Source: Takakia lepidozioides (lineage: Eukaryota; Plantae; Bryophyta). Taken from it: 64,000 nt of DNA. The notes beneath the pieces were generated by a model, which was not told where the DNA came from, searched no databases, and was given only the letters and a program-made list of their open reading frames with translations. A program made the translations under genes and the position numbers. Of this stretch, positions 59,959 through 64,000 are shown piece after piece. Every line of letters begins with the position of its first letter. Position 1 is the stretch's first letter. The stretch is taken from NCBI GenBank assembly GCA_030704615.1, contig CM060731.1, positions 84,692,001 through 84,756,000 of the forward strand. Reading direction: 5' to 3'.

Positions 59959-62900
59959 GAGGTTTACTATTTCATGAGCAGAAACCATGAGCCATGAGCC
60001 ATGAGCCGCATGAGCCGCCAGCATAAGCATGAGCGGTGAGCCGAAGTCTAAGACACGCGGATTTCATGAGCGGACTCCTCCAAATTTGGAAATGCGGCAG
60101 ATTAAACAAGTATTAAAATAATAGTTTTTTTATTTGACCTTGCCGTTTTTTGAAGTTCCAGATCCTGTAATGCGGCAAAGATATGTCGTCAGTAACAACT
60201 CCGCTCATGGTTTTTTAGATCCGCTCATGGTAATGAGTGACCGTGCAACGAGAAATCCAGTATACCACGGCAGAATGACGTCGCATACTGGCCTGTATAG
60301 AGTATTCCGCGGTTTTACATGCCTTAACATTGGAATGAAGCTGACCCTTTTGCTGCGATTGAACCAATAGAGTCTGCACAATTCTGTCATCTTCGAGTAT
60401 TCAGCAGGGAAGGTTTGCGACTCAATTGGGAAATGCGGTGCCGCATTGGGGTTCGCATGTGCGAAATTTCTGGGCAGTTTGGTGTTGGTGAATGTTGCAT
60501 CTACCAGTACCTATGACATTACTTGGAAATGCGGCGCCGCATTTCCTTGCCGGGGGTCGAATGAGGAAAGCAAAGTTTGGGAGAGCAGAAAAACAGGAAC
60601 CCTCCAACACACAAAAAATACATGCACGTGGAAACACGAGTGAATGACATAGTATTATCTTAGTTCGAGCAAAACAGGTTACTGGTAGGCAAGACATAAG
60701 TCGGACCTTTCTGTGGCCAAAGTCAGAGCTACTTGCAGCAGTACAGTTCTACTATCCGAAAAAGATGGGCGTACCATAGTGTTGGGACCGCAAGCCAAGG
60801 TCACTGGTCCCCTGGATCCATATTCAGAAGAGTGTGCACCTCTTGGGGGCTCAACCCTGGTGCATGTATGAAGTGATGAGTTGTGGAATTACACCGGAGT
60901 CTCTTTAGGTACACGTAGTACAGATGCTTGCAAGGGCAGTATGATGCCCCCTTGTTCGCCATGATCTGAAAGTCAGTGCAATTGCAGGTGGGTAATTCTG
61001 AAATGGTGATGGTGTACACCTCATTGCGAACAGCTAAGCCTGTCGTGGCCATCTGATACACACGCCCGAAGCCTGGTGGGGGCACTACTGTCGAGCTCTG
61101 GATTGTACAGTTCATCCGAAGTGCATTCCCCATCCTTGTCTCGTTCACTTTTGAGGGAGGTCGCCGCCTCTTCGGTTTCCCCCAACGGTATGTAGGATGC
61201 TTAGAGCTGTCGGGTCCCATTGTTCTTGCTCTCATAGGGGTCGGTGGTGGAGGCTGTGGAAGCATAAATGGTTGTCTGGGGACGTCAGTGCGCTGCACCA
61301 TCCAAAATCCTGCGGCGGTAAGGGCGTCGGCCTCGACCTGACTCAGATCGCAGCCTGGTTCCACCGGCCACACCGGGGGAGCCTCTGGCATTGTTTGAAT
61401 GCCGTACTTGGGTTTTCCATACACGCAAGTCATAAAGTCGTGCCTGCAGAACCAGAACTGGGTGGTTGTTGCCTCCGCAAACTTTGCATGGACAAATCTT
61501 CCTGTAAAAGTAGGAGCAGGGACAGCACCATCTGGATTCCTCCTTATCATCTCTAAACAACGTTGCCGTGTATCCACTCGAATTGCGGAACACCTGCCTC
61601 GAAACGACGGCTTTGTGCGAGCAATTCTCCACTGTGACGCAGACACAGTCGTCTCCACAATGGCTTGGCCATACTGCATAACAGCGGGCGGAATCTGGGG
61701 CAAGCGAGCGGTGGGAATTTCTCGCACGGAATCCCCGCTTGAAGGCGATGGCGATTTGGAATTTCTTGGGCTTCCACTGCTGGAAGACACATTGTGCGGC
61801 AACATGACGGGCCCTCGAGGTGTTGTCCGAATGTTCCTGTCAGATCTCCGGGAATCCTCTTCACACCCGGGTTCCTCTTCAATCCTCCGCCTCACAGGGC
61901 GAGTACGGACACCCCCCTCTAGGTGCTCACCTCTGCGGTGCAGAGGCGTCCCTTTGATCTTCTCTCGCAATGTTGTCGCCCATTTCAGTGGATTCTTCGA
62001 CCTCGAAGCTGTTCGTACCAACAATTCATCCATGTCCGGCCCAAAGCCCCATTGTTTCCCGCTCAGGAACTTGTAGTACGTGGCTTGCTGCATGATTGCT
62101 CTGTCGATGTCCTCCATTGTGGCCGTCACTACGTCCACCAGATGTGCAGCAGAAGACACTCGCCAGGAGGAGTGCACTGATTCTGCCATATTCGTGTTCG
62201 GCATGTCCGTGTCGGAATCCAAGCACTGCTCCTACAAGGACACAAACAATGGTGAGGAACCAATGGAAAGGTCCGTAATAGAAAGACAATTGCACGAAAA
62301 TGACAGCATCATACCTCCCGCATGTACTGTCTGAACTGTCGATACCGGAAATGCCACCACCCCAACCAGCTGTGCAAGGCTCCCAGATTGGTTGTCTTCA
62401 CTGCACCTGACGTGTTCCACCAAGCCTCGATGATAGCAAACTTTACCTCCGCGTCATCAAATGTGGGTGCATCCTTCCACGCCGTACAAAGGACACGGTG
62501 TTCAGCCTGGAATGAGCTAGCAACAAATTTGGTAGTGTAGTGAGATAGACTCTGCATCCAATGGAATCCACAAGATCTCTCTTTCCCCTCCATTGGAACA
62601 TTGGGGTCCTCACCGTACACACGCCGCACCGCTGCCCAGTTGGCCTGAGCGTTGTCTGTCATGAATCCCCTGAAATTGGGCTCTGGCAATCCCGCCCTTG
62701 CCATCTGCTCGTTTATGCCCTCCCACAGATGCATCTCCGACTGTGTGTCCTCCCCTTTCATCTCGCAAATTGCAATCGTCATGAGCCTCTTGGAGTGATA
62801 GTCATAAACATGCGCACCCATAGTCACCCACTGATGGTTTGTAATTCGCTTGATGTGATCAAACATCACCCAAGCATTCGACAAGTTTCCAGTTGTCATG

Positions 62901-64000
62901 CGAGTGACCAAGTCGACTCCACTCCCAGGCCTACACGTCGACATTTTAAAAATGTAACAACGATCGGATTCGCTGCCTTGCCCTGGAAACCTGCTACCTT
63001 GGATGTAGTCATATCCAGTCATTCGTTTCACCTCCAGGATTGAGTGCATGTCCGACCCCCGCCCGAACTCCTGCTTGTAAGATACGATGTGATTCCACAC
63101 ATTCGGACTACAAATGTGCGAGACGGACTCCAACAGGTCAAGCATCTCCTCTTCGTTCAAGGGCACCGGTCTGAACCATCTTCAGACATGATTTTGCCAA
63201 GAGCAATCTTGTGGGCTGCCTTCAGCTGAATCTGCTTTGGTCTGGCTCCGGGGCTCAATTTCACCTCCTCTTTTATGATGTCGTGTGCTTCCTGCACAGC
63301 CTCACGCATGTTGCCTCTCGCCAAGGGCTGGCAGTGGACCCCAACGTGTATGCAAGCTCTAGTCAAGTCCGGGAGCAAATGGATAACGTAATATTGCTTG
63401 GCTCTGCACATGCACATGCACGTCGGTGGTTCTTTGCAATGTGCGCACTTGATAGTACCCGCAGGAGCTTGGCTGGAGACAATGAATGGATGATGCGTTG
63501 TGCCAGTCCAATCCGTCTCGTTTCTCCGCCCTCCTTTGGAAGAAAGTGGAAGCAGGCGGGATTGAGGCACCTCAGCTTCCCCGCACAGAGGACGTATCGT
63601 ACACGAACACCATCAGCAATTTTCGTGCTACTGGTCTTCGTCACTCACCAGGGGTGTCCGTCATGCTTTCGATCCATGTCTGTTAACATCCCTGAGGCTT
63701 TGTTTGACGAAGTAACAGGTGGAAACTCGAAGATGACATTGCCATCGACTTCGGGAGGCAGATACGTTACCTTCCTGACCGGAAATTTGGCATAGTCGAG
63801 AGCAGCCAGCTCGGAGCGAGAACCATCGAGGTGATGTTGCCGTAGGAGCTGCACAATGGACCGGGTTGGAGTTATGCTCGAGGGTACATGCGTAGCACCT
63901 GCAGAGACGTCCATGTCGGATTTGAACGACCGTGTGGAGGACATGGGGACCTCAATGCACTCATCTTTCTCGTCGAAAATGTTGAATACGTCCACACGAG
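59959..64000 (-). mobile_element. MULE-3, related family, partial (runs off the window)
   Basis: TIR GAGGTTTACTATTTCATGAGC at 59959 with CATGAGC subrepeats; homologous transposase. Confidence 0.88.
60801..64000 (-). pseudogene. MULE transposase of MULE-3 (intron 62232-62314; stop at ~63645, frameshifts ~63165 and ~63530)
   Basis: WVMFDHIKR, FMTDNAQAN, CGFHW, TNMAESVHS and SWIM CNCTDF...CPCKHL; collinear with the MULE-1 transposase. Confidence 0.9.

Overview
This is a plant nuclear TE nest, probably from a seed-free plant (inferred from PLS-type PPR and OSB gene fragments). It contains no intact host gene. Four copies of one Ty3/Gypsy non-chromovirus family (A-D) carry gag-pol plus a large 3' extra ORF and a 5' ORF that starts inside the LTR. 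A ~4.3 kb non-autonomous CACTA element carries PPR and OSB/PDF-motif fragments. There are also three Mutator-like elements (MULE-1 to MULE-3). Highlight: MULE-1 (46192-59426) is structurally complete, with 21-bp TIRs and a 9-bp TSD (CTTGATGAG). Divergently from its transposase it encodes a predicted 9-exon, ~1,400-aa protein joining a ParB/Srx-like domain (DGNHRLLA) to a bacterial-type beta-class DNA amino-methyltransferase fold (DMILLDIPDG ... ILDLTCGTG^ASMWAGTLSDRHVFAFEPD). The non-coding parts of the element are built from arrays of a 22-30-bp palindrome centred on CGGCGCCG, whose arms covary symmetrically within and between MULE families. This suggests a transposon-encoded DNA-marking or anti-silencing system with its own cis sites (inference). 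Split TSDs show that 17.3-39.1 kb has been shuffled by a multi-breakpoint rearrangement that inverted 18082-32542. This may be real or an assembly artefact. All domain calls are from motif recognition by eye; no database search was run.
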